A stretch of 63,623 nt of DNA, the filler included, from Phoronis australis (lineage: Eukaryota > Animalia > Phoronida): assembly GCA_002633005.1 (NCBI GenBank). It is 9 parts of 9 records of this genome, joined end to end, with 100 filler letters (N's around TTAATTAATTAA, not from the genome) between each part and the next. Parts side by side here need not be neighbours in the genome. Positions count along the whole stretch, not along the records: positions 26,661 to 29,863 come from NMRA01003150.1; positions 29,964 to 32,805 come from NMRA01003388.1; positions 32,906 to 37,666 come from NMRA01002492.1; positions 37,767 to 44,790 come from NMRA01002082.1; 5 more parts are not named here. The stretch is one strand, 5' to 3'. Shown piece by piece: positions 26,661-39,480 of this stretch. A program made the position numbers and the translations under genes. Positions within the stretch are counted from its first letter, which is position 1. Each line of letters opens with the position of its first letter. Under the pieces are notes generated by a model, which worked only from the letters and a program-made list of their open reading frames with translations, ran no database searches and was not told the DNA's origin.

Positions 26661-28645
26661 TGACATTTAAATGCGGGAGCGCAATGAGAACAGCCTAACC
26701 ATTATTGGAAACATTTTGTCATGTCAGCATACCATCTTTTGTCCGCATAATGAGACGTAATGAATATAAGTCTGAAAAGATTTATACCCTCAAGCGAAAC
26801 TTGAACCCAGGACCTTGAGATTGACATTTTTATATAGCCTAACCATTGTTGACAATCAATCATCATTATAGGCTGTAGTCATGCTCTGCACATAACACAA
26901 CGTGCCATGAAGTCAAGCCAACGCATGACCGCAACAAATGAATTTTCAGATCTTCCCAGGCCAATGAACCAGATATGGTCTGTGACACCTATGATTCAGC
27001 TGTGTTCACCAACTTTGAGGAAGCAGGTCATACTTTTGAACAAGATGGCGTGCTTATTCTACACAAGGAAAATATTTACTGGTTTAAATATTTCGTGAAA
27101 AAATGCATTTTTGACAGAATCGAGCATGCTTCCTGAAACATAAGTGATGAGCTGAAACATAAGAGATGAGCTGAGATTCAACTTATCACAAAAACGAGAT
27201 AACATTTTATTCAAAGTTTTCTGCCATTTGTCAGAAGATTGACACACAAACCAACAGGTGTCCCAGACGTTTGAAAAAAACTTGCAGCGTCCCACAAAAT
27301 ATTGCTTGAATTCTCCCAAGTACAGTGAGAAGCCTTCAATTTGGGACAAAAATAATTGCTAAAATTGCCATAATCCTTATTTTCAAAAGACTTACAACAT
27401 TATTGCTAATTCTCAAATTTTTACCAAATTTTGTTTGCATGGTAATAGCTACGCCATACACTTGTTCGCCATATTGGATCCCAAACTGAAGAATTTTTGC
27501 CGTAAAATTCATAATTTCCTCTTGATCTATTTCGCCACAATATGTCTGACAATCTCCATTTTATCTTCTACAAACGAGATTCTGCAGGCACGCACCGTCC
27601 CATGACACATAACTAAATGTCACAACCTAAAACACAGGTGCCTGTGTTCCATAAGCCTAAGAAAATCGCAATAATACAAGATTACGATAAATGCCGTTTT
27701 GCTTTACACGCAAAGCAAAGGATTACACTAGTCCTACTTGTTAGGGTCACGTGTCTACGGAATGCAGCACATACCGTACCTCCAAGTTTTCAGCCTCCAA
27801 GTTTTCAATCATGTCACCTAATATTTGTGAGCTGATAATGACCCCCCTTAGCACCCTTCTCCTGTTCAACCACTTCACCAGACAAGGCTGGTTCTGAAAG
27901 CCTGATAAAATCTGGCTGCTTTGTTAATTGCTTAGGGCAGTCCTTTGTTTTGACAACATGCATGTCAATTATCTACTATGGTGGTTGCACCCAGCTATTA
28001 TGGACCTCATATGAACACAGTAAAACTCAAATGCATTCCTAAGGGGTTTGGACAGAAAAAATTGCCTTAACTTTGGTTGTAGTTGGGTGATTTTGATGAC
28101 TTAAAACCCTAACTACATCAGCATTTAACACGGAATTCAGAATTGTTATTGGCTTATGTTCAAACAATTTATAACTTATATCTTTTATTTTGAACAGCAC
28201 AGCCCAGTCAAGCTAGATAGGACCTAATCGGAGATTAGAGCAATTATCGAACAAAAGCGCACATGAAAAACAACAGCAGTACTGTTGATGAAATAGTCGC
28301 CAAATTGTAACCTTAACCATAGTTCATACTTACGCATGATCACTAAACCAATGAACAAACTGACTGTGAAACGTATGAAGCAGAATAAGCGCTGAAAGAC
28401 AAGAGATACAACTTCACTGCAAGAGACTGACAATGTACAGGAATGTTCACAATTAATACTATTCTTTANTCCCAAATGCCCATTCTGAAGCCTCAACCAA
28501 TTCGGTTACAGGTTCTCTTTGAAATTGAGAAATTCCACAAGAGTAACCCCTAAATATTTAAACGTTATCTTGTAGTAAAAACAGCTTTTTAGATAAGTGA
28601 AATAGATGCTGGAATGCCGTGCAGTTACCGATGGATAAGAATGTA

Positions 28646-28822
28646 AAATAGTAAAACTAGTAAAAATGAAACAATGAGCGTCGGCACTAGAGTAAACTAA
28701 AATATTCCTCATGTTTCGAGTGATCATACCCTTGACAAGAGCGCATCGCTCGAAACGTGGGAAACATTTTAATATATTTTAGTATTGATGCTTTTCATTT
28801 TATTTTCACTAGTTTTACCACT
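28646..28822. mobile_element. Fold-back Penelope-like terminal remnant with hammerhead-like motif at 28729-28761 (+)
   Basis: ccc-uugacaa-gagcg-cau-cgcuc-GAAAC-gu-ggg; inverted arms agtaaaactagtaaaaatgaaa / ttttattttcactagttttacc and atgtttcgagtgat / atcgctcgaaacgt. Confidence 0.55.
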
Positions 28823-29963
28823 TTATATAGCTTTTTAGAGCTTCTATAAAGCTTGTATTTTAGTGAAAATAACACCAAAATATATTGGATTTCCAAATGG
28901 TTTTGCACACAAAAGTAAAATTCTTGTGAACCAGTTTTCAGTTGTAGCACGAATAAAGTTAAAAGTAATAAGAGGGATGCACTGGTGGGTTTATATTATC
29001 CATGTTCAGGGTAGGCAGGAGGTTGTATTTTTTGTTATTTGATCCAAATAGTCAAAAGTCGCTTTCCCATTAGAAGCGAAACTTCATCTTTTACCAAAGT
29101 TTCGGTAAGTGGTAAAGAATAACTCTGGTATTAATATGCAAGCAAAACTTCACTTTACATAGTAGGATTTAAAGGTGAAGCTTCGGTGTAGTGGGAATAA
29201 ACACTAAAAACGGTAGCAGTCACGGCAGCGTTAATAACGACGAGAGACTCGCAAAACGTGTTCTTTGTTAATCGTGCTCTCAATAGACAGACGTAAATAA
29301 ATAAAATAATGCACATTAATTTAATTTTGATGAAGAATGACACTGATCATTTTCATAAACACTCGTATTCGTTTGAGAGTACGAATGAACTGCGTAATTT
29401 GTTGTCATAGCGATAACTTTGATATCTCGCTGTGTAGCAGAAAGGTAAGTGAAGTTTCGACGAAGCTTCTGTAAGCCGAAGTTAACCTTATGGGAAAGTG
29501 ACCAAAGATTCTCACTGTGTAAAAAGGGTGGTAACTTTGATATGTTGTAAGAAACAAAACAAAATAAGTTTCACTTTAATTATCAGTGTTTAGAAACAAC
29601 TAGGGCAAACATTGCTTGCTGTTAATGTAGTCATTGGACACAGGACTACTGACTCGCAATAAATTCTTTGTTCATTACAGAACATATGGCCACACAACCC
29701 TTTTTTGCATCGCACACATTTTGCAGAATATAAATCGGTAAATAAAACAACAAGAATGGATCAACTGAAATTTGAAATTTTCGGATATAACAACTTCCTT
29801 TATCAACAAAAACAGAAATAAAGTAAAATCAAACACAAAATGACAATTGACATATAAGATATGNNNNNNNNNNNNNNNNNNNNNNNNNNNNNNNNNNNNN
29901 NNNNNNNTTAATTAATTAANNNNNNNNNNNNNNNNNNNNNNNNNNNNNNNNNNNNNNNNNNNN

Positions 29964-30408
29964 TTTCACAATCATCCTTTGAGCGGTCTGGTTGATAGAG
30001 GGGTGGACGCAAAAATACAGACTTGAAAACAGTACAAATGGCCACTAGGTGACGCAAACTACGTCGAATCCATCCGAAAACGGGAGGATAGCGTCATCTC
30101 ACTAATAGGTGACTACATATTAAATTTCATGAATATCCGTTAATGACTTTTGAAGATACAAAGGTAAGCGTAAAAACTAAAATTGCCACCAGGGGGCACA
30201 TCGGTAGTCAGATCCATCCGAAAGTTCGCTCATGCCCTTCCGTTCATGATTGGAACACATGTGCCAAATTTCATGAACGTATGTCAAAGGGTTTTGGAGA
30301 TAGAGCAGCGGACGCCGGTCGCCGGACGGGCGCCGCCCGGACGGACGGACGGACGGACGGAGATGACTGCATAATGCGTCCACACATAAATATGTGGGCG
30401 CATAAAAA
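29964..30408 (+). mobile_element. Helentron/DINE-1-like non-autonomous element, 3' part
   Basis: Two aaatttcatgaa core repeats, a (GGAC)n microsatellite, and a 3' hairpin atgcgtccacacataaatatgtgggcgcat followed by an A run. Confidence 0.7.
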
Positions 30409-30422
30409 CAACAAGATTTTAT

Positions 30423-30801
30423 AACTTCAACATGTTTAGATGTCTCATCATCAGGACAAGCAATCAAGGCCATCGAACAGTCTTGACCCGCAAAGTGCAC
30501 AGTGGAGCTATCAGCACGCATAGCAACAAGACATCAAAGACAATTCATAAGACCAGTGACAGACTGCTGTGCGCCAGCTACTTATTCAGTTCAGGTTTGA
30601 GCCAGCTGATGTGAATTCACTCACGGATTTTGAGTTCCTTTGTCGTTTCAGTCTGATCCAGAATACTAAAGGATTTGATGTTTTGCATTCAGCATTTGCG
30701 TGCTGATGGCTTTACTGTACACTGAGCGGTACAGATTGCTAGACGGCCTTGATTGCTTGTCCTGATGATGATGTTTGAAACATCGAAACCTGTTGGAAGT
30801 T
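30423..30801. mobile_element. Fold-back Penelope-like terminal remnant, inverted arms of about 120 bp
   Basis: 30423-30540 is the reverse complement of 30671-30801 (tcatcatcaggacaagcaatcaaggcc / ggccttgattgcttgtcctgatgatga). Confidence 0.75.
30756..30799 (+). ncRNA. Minimal type I hammerhead ribozyme motif
   Basis: CUGAUGA (30762-30768), perfect stem II GAUGUU-uga-AACAUC, GAAAC (30785), short stem III ending GUU; a decayed copy lies on the opposite arm. Confidence 0.65.
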
Positions 30802-31724
30802 GAAAAGGTAGTTGTTTATATTAACATTGCGAGAGACTATGAATGCCCAGGCAAATATCAATGAGAGTCCTAGTCAGAGTTACAGCTGAGTTGCAGTTAC
30901 AGAGTAATACGTAACAGAATCAGCATTCACAGCGTCATTCAATAGAGAGCCAGCTACATATGTATAAGGAGACAGCAGGTTATTGAATCAACGATTGTAA
31001 CATTGCTGGACGTGTCTTAGGAGTTCATATTAAGCCAATCTTATAAGCACTAACTGGACCATAGAATAGACATTGCGTAGAATTTGTAAATGTACGATCA
31101 AGATTAAGGGTTCTGGATACTACAACACTCAAAATAAGAATTGACATGCAATTAACTAGACATGCAAGATGAAATTAAGAAAAGAGGACACAACAAATAA
31201 TCCATAGACTTTCTGACACAATTTTATCACATTTGAACACACGATTCACAACTGGACAATGACACTCGAAGTGTTTGCACATAAATCATCACATTTCTCA
31301 ATATCATCAATTCGTGACCTGTTAAATGAACACTGAAATATCCAAAATCAAACTAACAATCATGTTCAATACCGGTGCCACGCATTTCACATCCAGTTTT
31401 TCACACTTACCACAAGATACAATCCCGTCAAGCCCACACAAATCCTCAGAGGTAGCACACCATTTATTCACAGACATTCACAACACCAGCATACAAGAAG
31501 GAATGACTGCTACCAAAGCTAAGGTGTGGAGCTACGTTGTGCATAATAAATAATGCCTTGCTTTAGCCCTCCCAAACTAACAGAGTGTGTAAAGAACAAC
31601 TGACAATGGGAACTTGATATTCACTTGGTGTAGTCACAAGTAAAGAGAGAGTCAATCCCTTAGATATACCTGGATTCAGGTAAATCATGTGGGTCCCTTA
31701 CCATAAAAGTAAACCCATGCAAAT

Positions 31725-31945
31725 GAATAGGCCTTTTGCGAGTTTATAACAATAACGCGAGATTATGCGAGACTTAACTGTGACGTCACGGGAAGTGGGG
31801 CAAAAGCTTGTCGTTTGGTCATTTGCCCAATACGGTACCAGAGTGTATTCTGTTATTGNTCTTCGAGTTTTTAGCCGTTTAGTTCGAAAAATGTCCAAAA
31901 AGCATTGCTGTTATGGCAAATGAACTTCAGATTCGTACTACAACA
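31725..31945 (+). mobile_element. DNA-transposon end with degenerate THAP N-terminus (ISL2EU/Harbinger-like)
   Basis: aataggccttttg terminus, then ATG at 31891 reading MSKKHCCYGK*TSDSYY, similar to the CCYGxCxSDSRY THAP start. A single N at 31859 lies between the two parts. Confidence 0.45.
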
Positions 31946-34900
31946 CGTTCTATCGCGTTCTGTACTAATTTCGTCCCGTGTATTTTAAACGGGCGGTAGG
32001 CGAAATCCCCACTCACTGATAAAGTTTTCATCTCGTCAAAAATACATTCTACACCTAAAATTACCACCTAAAAGGCTCTTACTTTCTTCAGTGACTCTTT
32101 ATGCTTCTAAACATATCTTCGATGAAGCATATATACGGGAATTCAGGTGACTTTGGCGAAGAATTCCAACTCCACTTTGTGGTTACTGTTAACTTTGTCC
32201 GCGGCGCGCGATAACCACAATCAAGTACATGTATTTCAACTGAGTCAGGTGAGTATGAGGCAAAGGCTAGCGCGAGACTGAGCGAAGCGCGAGATTTGGC
32301 GCGTGACCTGGCGCGTGACACTTGCAAAATAGCATGAGAAAATATCAAGTGAACTTTGTAAGATTTGTGTCCCTTGGACTTTTTGTTCGTCAACAGGCGT
32401 GATTTCACGTAACTTCCTCAAAATGGCGGCTAGTAAGAGAAACTCGAGAGAACCGCGAGGTTTTCATGAATATGCTCAAGTTGTTTGTAGACAAAATTGT
32501 GTCCAGAGTCAGGATATGTGTTAATTATAACTTCATGTGCACATATGCATGTTTCATTTGTTTTTATTTGCTGTATTTTGAAATGAATATCTTTTTATGG
32601 GGATACACTATCGCCCCTGTATGCCTGTGCCTAGCGCCTTTCAGGCCTAGAGCGGGTTAAGTTCCAATTTCAGTCCGTTCACAGCTTCGCACAACATAAC
32701 AAGTTCACATTTTCTTCGTCCATTCACAATTATTCCACGAACCATCTACCATATCTTAAGTTGTTTTAACGTTTTAAGCGTAAAATTCACCATAAGAACT
32801 CCAGTNNNNNNNNNNNNNNNNNNNNNNNNNNNNNNNNNNNNNNNNNNNNTTAATTAATTAANNNNNNNNNNNNNNNNNNNNNNNNNNNNNNNNNNNNNNN
32901 NNNNNTTTTTTTACAAAAAATGCATAGACCAAGGTTTTTACATCTAAGTTTACAAAACAGCCTTCTGTAGTGAGCCTTTTTAATAAAATATTGGTGTAGA
33001 CCAAGATTTTTACAATGCTATCAACCAAGTGTGAGCACAGCAACATTGTATATACATTGTATATACATTGTATATTTCTTCCTGCTTTGAAAAAAAGAAC
33101 CCCCACTGAGCCTTCAGAGGCTTCCTAGTAATCATTACAATTTGTGTGTCCAAACTTTAAAGGTTCCTATTGACAGTGGGCGTCCAAATGATACATTGGG
33201 GGTTGTTGCCAGAGGGTCCATATTAGTGCTTGGGCGTTCAAATGGACGCCCAGGACGTACGCTGCATAAAGGCCTGATGGCCACACTTTAACAGGTTAGG
33301 CTTCTTAATCACAACTAATTTGTGAGAATTCACTCTCATTTTTCTCATGACAGTTTTGCGACAAGTAACGGTTCGTGCTTAAACTGTTCAATAGACTGCT
33401 GTTTTGACACTGATCTGCACGCTGATTCAAACGTCCTATCTGTCATCCAACAAAAATTCACTAGCAAACAGTGTATTGGATAAATCCTAGGCAGTTTTGA
33501 TTGTTTTTGACTGGCGTATAGAATGACATTGTGCTGTGTATCCGTTATTACCATATTTACAGAAGTTGTTGAGGTAGATTTGACCCAATGTCCAGGTGGT
33601 CAGAAAGATGAACAGAACGCGGGTTGTGTGACGTCGACTCTACAGAATATGCTGGCAGCCAACTCAACACCGACCAAATGTGCTGCTCAGCAGTCAAACA
33701 ACTTGTACGTAGTTTTTCTACTCTGTTTCAGGCAATAGGCGCACATAATATGCTCACATTTTGAGAATCAGTTTCGTGTCCATTATTCAGTGGAGAAAAC
33801 TGGTGTAGGAACATTATCTCTGACTATTACCCATGTTACGGAATACAATCCCTTGTCTTGAAAATTTATTTTCCATCAAAAGTTGCGGCAATGAGTGCTT
33901 TTGCTGCCTTCTCTGTAGAGACCCCCAAACTTTACTCGAGACCAACTCGAAAAGTTGATGAAAAGCGTCACATGGAATTCTTGAGAGTTTACTCGAGGCA
34001 TGTCGCACGATTGGTGAGTCTTTGAGTTGAGTCTCGAGTTAAGTTTGATGTGACCCTGTCCTCTCATTGTTCATCCGGTGTACTGCTGTCCATCAAGAGA
34101 GTGTGACAACATCGATCAATCGTAGTGGTTTTGTTTACTGTTGAGTCAGTCCCTATTGGCCATCATTTTCCACTCATCATAGTTAATTATTAATTTTGAC
34201 ATATATTATTTTATGAATTTTGGGTCACATATCTGAGTATGCTTGGACAATTTCTCCGATCGAGTTTTGCCCTGATGGCCGCGCATGATCGGCATCAGCC
34301 AGACTTTGAACTTTTGAAGTCGGCCAACAATCTCGTCTCATTCATGCTGGTCACAATATCAAGTGATCTACTGATCACTGCCTCACTTTATTGGTTGGAT
34401 TCTCATTTGATGGGGTCAGAACCCTCATGTATCCTTGGTGTCCTTTGTCTAATTTCTGCCAGAGAGAAGTTTTAGTTTGCTTTGTTGCGATACTACCTGA
34501 ATATTGCGAGAGTGACATTTATTAGTCGTATCATTTTTGGTTAACTGCATATCAGTTCAGTAAACCTGTTTCATTATAGAATAGCTAAGAAGCTGCCTCA
34601 AGTTCAGTCTCTCTTAAAGACAAGGGATTGGAAACACTCTGCTCTTGCCAGGTAAAGTGCGCACTGTAATGGCAAGCGTTAATTTTAGTATCGGTAAAAT
34701 CTACCACCAATTTTAAGACGCAGTATGGCAGACAGTTGAAACTTTATGATATGTACTACCATAAATGTAATGCTTGAAGACCTTGGAACAAGGAAAACTG
34801 GTCATTTCTGCATTTGTTGTATCTGTATTTAGTGAGGTTTTACTGAAATCGATGACTGTTACAAAATGTACTGTATTCAAATTTTCAACTAACCTGTGCT

Positions 34901-35839
34901 GAAATTTTTGCAATTTTAGTTTCTTTGACTAATCACGTGTCTCTCGTGCACGAAATCTTATGCACATTCAGTTTTAGGGAACGTTCACGATAACAGCTGT
35001 TTACCTTGAAAATATGTTTCCTCTACTTTTCAGCTTTGTGAGGGGATTTTAGAGGCTTAAATACCTGAATTATCATCTGTATGATTACCCCAATAAAATT
35101 CGATCTATTAAAAACTTACACTTATCCGTGCCTCTCGTCTTGAAATCGTACTAAATTGTCCAAATTATAATGTTAAACTGAATGTGTGGTTCAAGGCTGA
35201 TGTTTCTCTGTACGTCGGTCTGGTCAAATAAAAGTGTTCCAATGATGGTTCATCAGTCAATAATTGTTTTAAAGTACTGTGCTGACATCGTATAGGTAAG
35301 AATAATTATTATTATTGTTGTTTAGTGGTAAAATAGTCCTTAAAAGGAAGTAAAATAAGCCACGTCATTGATTTGATTTGAAAAAATCTTATTTTCATTT
35401 TTCGCTCTGGGTCTGAGATGACATTGTTGCTGTTTGATGTCGAAATGCGACTACAAATTTCTATGCATATTAGTGTTCTATAATCTATGTTGCCACGTTC
35501 GTTGTTAGTCCAGTCGAGGATGGCACTGGGGTGAAATGCTGATAATCATTATTTCCATTGTTTTGTTTGGATCTGTGCCAAGTTGAAATTGGTACGTGCA
35601 AAAGCAGACGACATTTTAGTGCCGTATTTTCACAGCAGGAAATGTGATAAAACAATTGGTGCGCAGTCTCACATTACGTTTATGTTGGATATTGTCCATA
35701 ATTCAGCTGTTGACTGTTTTGTCATGTTTTAAAGATGTTAAAGATTAATAGGAGACTGAAATATTTTTGGCCGGCGCATGGAATGGAAAAATTGAACACA
35801 CTCAGAGCTACCTCCTCCCTCCCCTTCCCCTTGAAGCAA

Positions 35840-36057
35840 ATGATTTGTACTCTTCTGAAAATGGTTTGTACCCTTCAGAAGATGGTTTGTACCCTTCAGA
35901 AGATGGTTTGTACCCTTCTGAAAATGGTTTGTACCCTTCAGAAGATGGTTTGAACCCTTCTGAAAATGGTTTGTACCCTTCAGAAGATGGTTTGTACCCT
36001 TCAGAAGATGGTTTGTACCCTTCTGAAAATGGTTTGTACCCTTCAGAAGATGGTTTG
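35840..36057 (+). repeat. 21-bp minisatellite, about 10 copies, inside a possible exon
   Basis: Unit atggtttgtacccttc(a/t)gaa(g/a); encodes (GLYPSE[D/N])n in one plus frame. Confidence 0.95.
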
Positions 36058-36869
36058 NTTCTGGCACATCGTCGTCTGCTGTCACCTCTAGTGTTGACGC
36101 CGTCAGCTCAAGTACGAGTCTGGAAGAACCTGATGAGAAACGAGCGAAACGGGTACGTGCCGTCTGCTTAACAGTTTCTGAGATCTAATTGAAAAATGTA
36201 GAGTTTGTTGTTTTGTGATTCAGATGACCTTCATATCTCAGTGCCAAGGTCATGATTTCCATTTGTTAACCTAAAAACTTACTTTTAAAAGCAGACCTAA
36301 CTTTTTCTGGGATTCAAAGTTAGGGTAAGAAAGTGGTTAAAAGGTTCCTGAAGTACAATAACATGCATTTTTAATCTAATTTAATTTATGAATAAAGTCG
36401 ACTATATCATAAATCACATCTTTGTTATTCTTTCACATTTTTGTATGAAAAACGTTTTTCCAATGTTAATTCCTATTGGCTAATGCGCATTTGACGTCAC
36501 TGAGGCAGTACCGTGGGTGAAGGCAATGAGTTATTATTATAGCTTAATGTAGCTTATTTGGTGAATCCCTCTCGGCTACAGAACTGTGCTTAATGTGTAT
36601 AATTCGTCTGCAATCTGAGCTCTCAAAAGTTTATAATACAAGTTTACTGCCGTGTAGTGTTGACTATTAGTGGAACGATGCCGTTCTCGGCACTCCAGCC
36701 GGCGGCCAGGAAAGTGCCCCGACTGCGTAGCCTTGCCTTGGTGCAAGCTGTATACTAAATATACAGCAGCTGTTGCACCGGCGTAGGTAAAAACTGATCA
36801 AATAAAATCTGACACAAAATTAGTGTCATTAGAAATTACACTCTTCCTTGAGTAAACTAAATTATTTAC

Positions 36870-37015
36870 CATGGGCGGCGAACCGTAGGGGGTTGGGGGG
36901 GGCTAAAGCCCCCACTTTTTCAGGGCTCCAGCGCCCATGGTCTATGGGCGGTGTACCACAGGGGGCTGGGGGGAGGGCTATAGCCCCACTTTTTTTCAGT
37001 GCTGCGCCGCCCATG
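36870..37015. mobile_element. hAT-like MITE, TIR CATGGGCGGCG, 5-bp flanking direct repeat TTTAC
   Basis: tttac|catgggcggcg ... cgccgcccatg|tttac. Confidence 0.75.
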
Positions 37016-38489
37016 TTTACTGGTGTTAAAAAAATTGTCTTTCTGCCATTCACTCTGCTGCTAAAATTTGGGTGCGCTCTTTAAGGTCGGCTTTCGGCGC
37101 CGTCACCTGTTGCCTTATTGACCAGTTTCGTTTCCCGAGTTGTTCTTCCTTATATAACAAGCAATTGAACTGTTCTTCCAAGTTGTGTTTATGTCACAAC
37201 AATTTATAAGGGCTGATTTCATTTCCTTACAAGTTTTTAGTATTTTAATACCTGGAAACCAAATTTCATAAAAATTTTTGCTCCTTTGAAGCTCCCGACA
37301 GATGTCACAAAATTTTAGAAAATTGCGCGTGTTGAGCGCCTGTTTTCTTTGTTACAAAAGGCTGAGAATTATGAGATAAAATTACGTTTACTAGATTGTT
37401 TTTCACTTAAATGGCTCCAGCAGGCAAGGTGAGTGTCGGTTGACATCCAGATATTTGCACGCTCTCCTGCCGGTTTGTAGCTCAACATGTTGATATAAGT
37501 TTCGCGACGAGGTGACAGGCAGAACTATCCGGGCTGTGTGAAATTTCGGAGTCTAACGGAGCTCAACACAGTGCTACTGGTACGTAGCTATATTTTGAAG
37601 ATAAGTCATCATACGGCTAGCTGGCTGGCTAGGCCTCAGGATGAATCAATATCACAGGAAAGAAAANNNNNNNNNNNNNNNNNNNNNNNNNNNNNNNNNN
37701 NNNNNNNNNNTTAATTAATTAANNNNNNNNNNNNNNNNNNNNNNNNNNNNNNNNNNNNNNNNNNNNACGGGACGAGACGTCTACTTAGAAATCGGCAAAC
37801 AAAATCTGGAATTCCATTTGGGAATTGAGGAATTATAGATGACTAAGTTATGATGAGAAATGTACCTGACAGGGAAGCGAATTGTTTTTAACTTCCCTCC
37901 CCTCCTCGTCTTTTGGAAACCCTACAAAACGCAGGCACACATCCCGAAATAAGCGCAGCGCAATCTTCTCACACGACTTTTCCCACAACTGCTTTCGACG
38001 CTTGTTATGACTCGCCGACAAGGGATTACAATGCGCCTGTTGCCAGGAATTATAGAGGTAGAATGGCGGCCATAACATACAGTGATACGGCGGGTTAATA
38101 AGGTGAAGAATAAGAAGATTTAAGATGAAAACTATTATCACTGAACTAAAATTGAAGTGCTAAGATACGGTAAGAGGACTTATTTTTTTTAGATTTGCTG
38201 TGTTTCTTGGTTCTCTGGCTCGTATTTATTTTCGAGTACGATTTCAAGCACACTGCCGTACCAAACTTGAAATTTGAGCATACACTCCAAATTTTTAATC
38301 AAAATCATACTCGAAATATAGATGAGATACACTTCAGTTCGAGTACACTCGAAAACTGAGTACGTGCTCGAAATTTCGAGTACAGATTTTTCGAGTATGA
38401 CATTGAATACACCAAAGCTGAGTCTGTACTCGAGTTGAGTATGAAGTGTGAGTTTTAGCATGATTCGAGTCTGAGTACGGAGATTGGAG

Positions 38490-39480
38490 ACCGGGCCCAG
38501 GAAAACGCTTTGGAACTGGTTCGATGGAATACCCTTATGAGGACTGTATTGGTTGAAAAGTTGTTTGGTCAACTTCTGTAAACAATACTGAGATTGCAGT
38601 CGATGAGCGGCCTGACAGCGAAAGAAAGACAACCGATCGTCTTGTTTCCCGTTTGCGTCATTTGTCATCGCTCACATTCCTTTATTATGTACAAGGTATG
38701 GTGGAAGTGAAATGGGTGCGCCGATGGGGTGACCAATCATGTGTGTTACGAAGACAGTTACATTGGTAACGAGTTCAACGATTCACTCGACGTGGGTCGT
38801 CGTTGTCTCACCAATTCTAGAACGTCCAGTTCACCTAGAATGGAAAATGACGCGTCCAGATCTCGTTCTCGCCTCACAACAAGGGGTTCAGCCATGAACG
38901 CGTTGTTGTTCAAACTAGAATGAACATACTGGAGTTCGTTGTCTTTTCGGTTTCTTAAAATGAAATCGTAAGAAAAATTTAATTTAAATACAACAAACTG
39001 TTATCTAAGTACCCTCAAGAGGTCTTCTCGCAGGTTTCGGGATTCAACCTCAGCAGTCTGCAGCCTTCTTCTCATGGCTTCCTTGGTGCGTATAGCAGAC
39101 CAGTTGTCTCGAGACGGCAGCTATATCGGGATCGATGTTTTCGGGAATTCGTGGTACGTTCGGATCATCAGCGATGACGTTATTCTCTGGCGATGACGTA
39201 GACGCCACGTTGAAGGTAAAACCGTGTTGGGGGCCGTCATAGAGATTTTGACCGCATCGGTGTCTCTCGACACTATCCCTTGGACTGAAGGTCATGCCAC
39301 AAAATTGGCAAGTTTGCCTTCCCCCGTGAACCCTTCGGCGATGTTGTTGCATGCCTTGGGGCGTAGGGATTCGTCTTCAGATTGACTTTTATTTATTTTT
39401 TTTTCAAAAATGAAAGAACACTGCAATATTTGTGAAAAGGGGCTCGAATGTTTGAGAATGTGGTTGATGTGGGCTTTCTT
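38490..39480 (-). mobile_element. Polinton/Maverick (adintovirus-like) PolB N-terminal fossil with upstream C2H2 finger
   Basis: CQFCGMTFSPRDSVERH...RDNWSAIRT...FKLNFSYDFILRNRKDNELQYVHSSLNN...DVLELVRQRRPTS/IVELVTNVTVFVTHMIGHPIG...LPPYLVHNKG...DRLSFFRCQAAH, with stops and frameshifts. Confidence 0.65.

Noticed and set aside
36129-36156. CTGATGA...GAAAC hammerhead-like string
   Set aside because: Stem II is only 1 bp and there is no stem I; better explained as coding PDEKRAKR.
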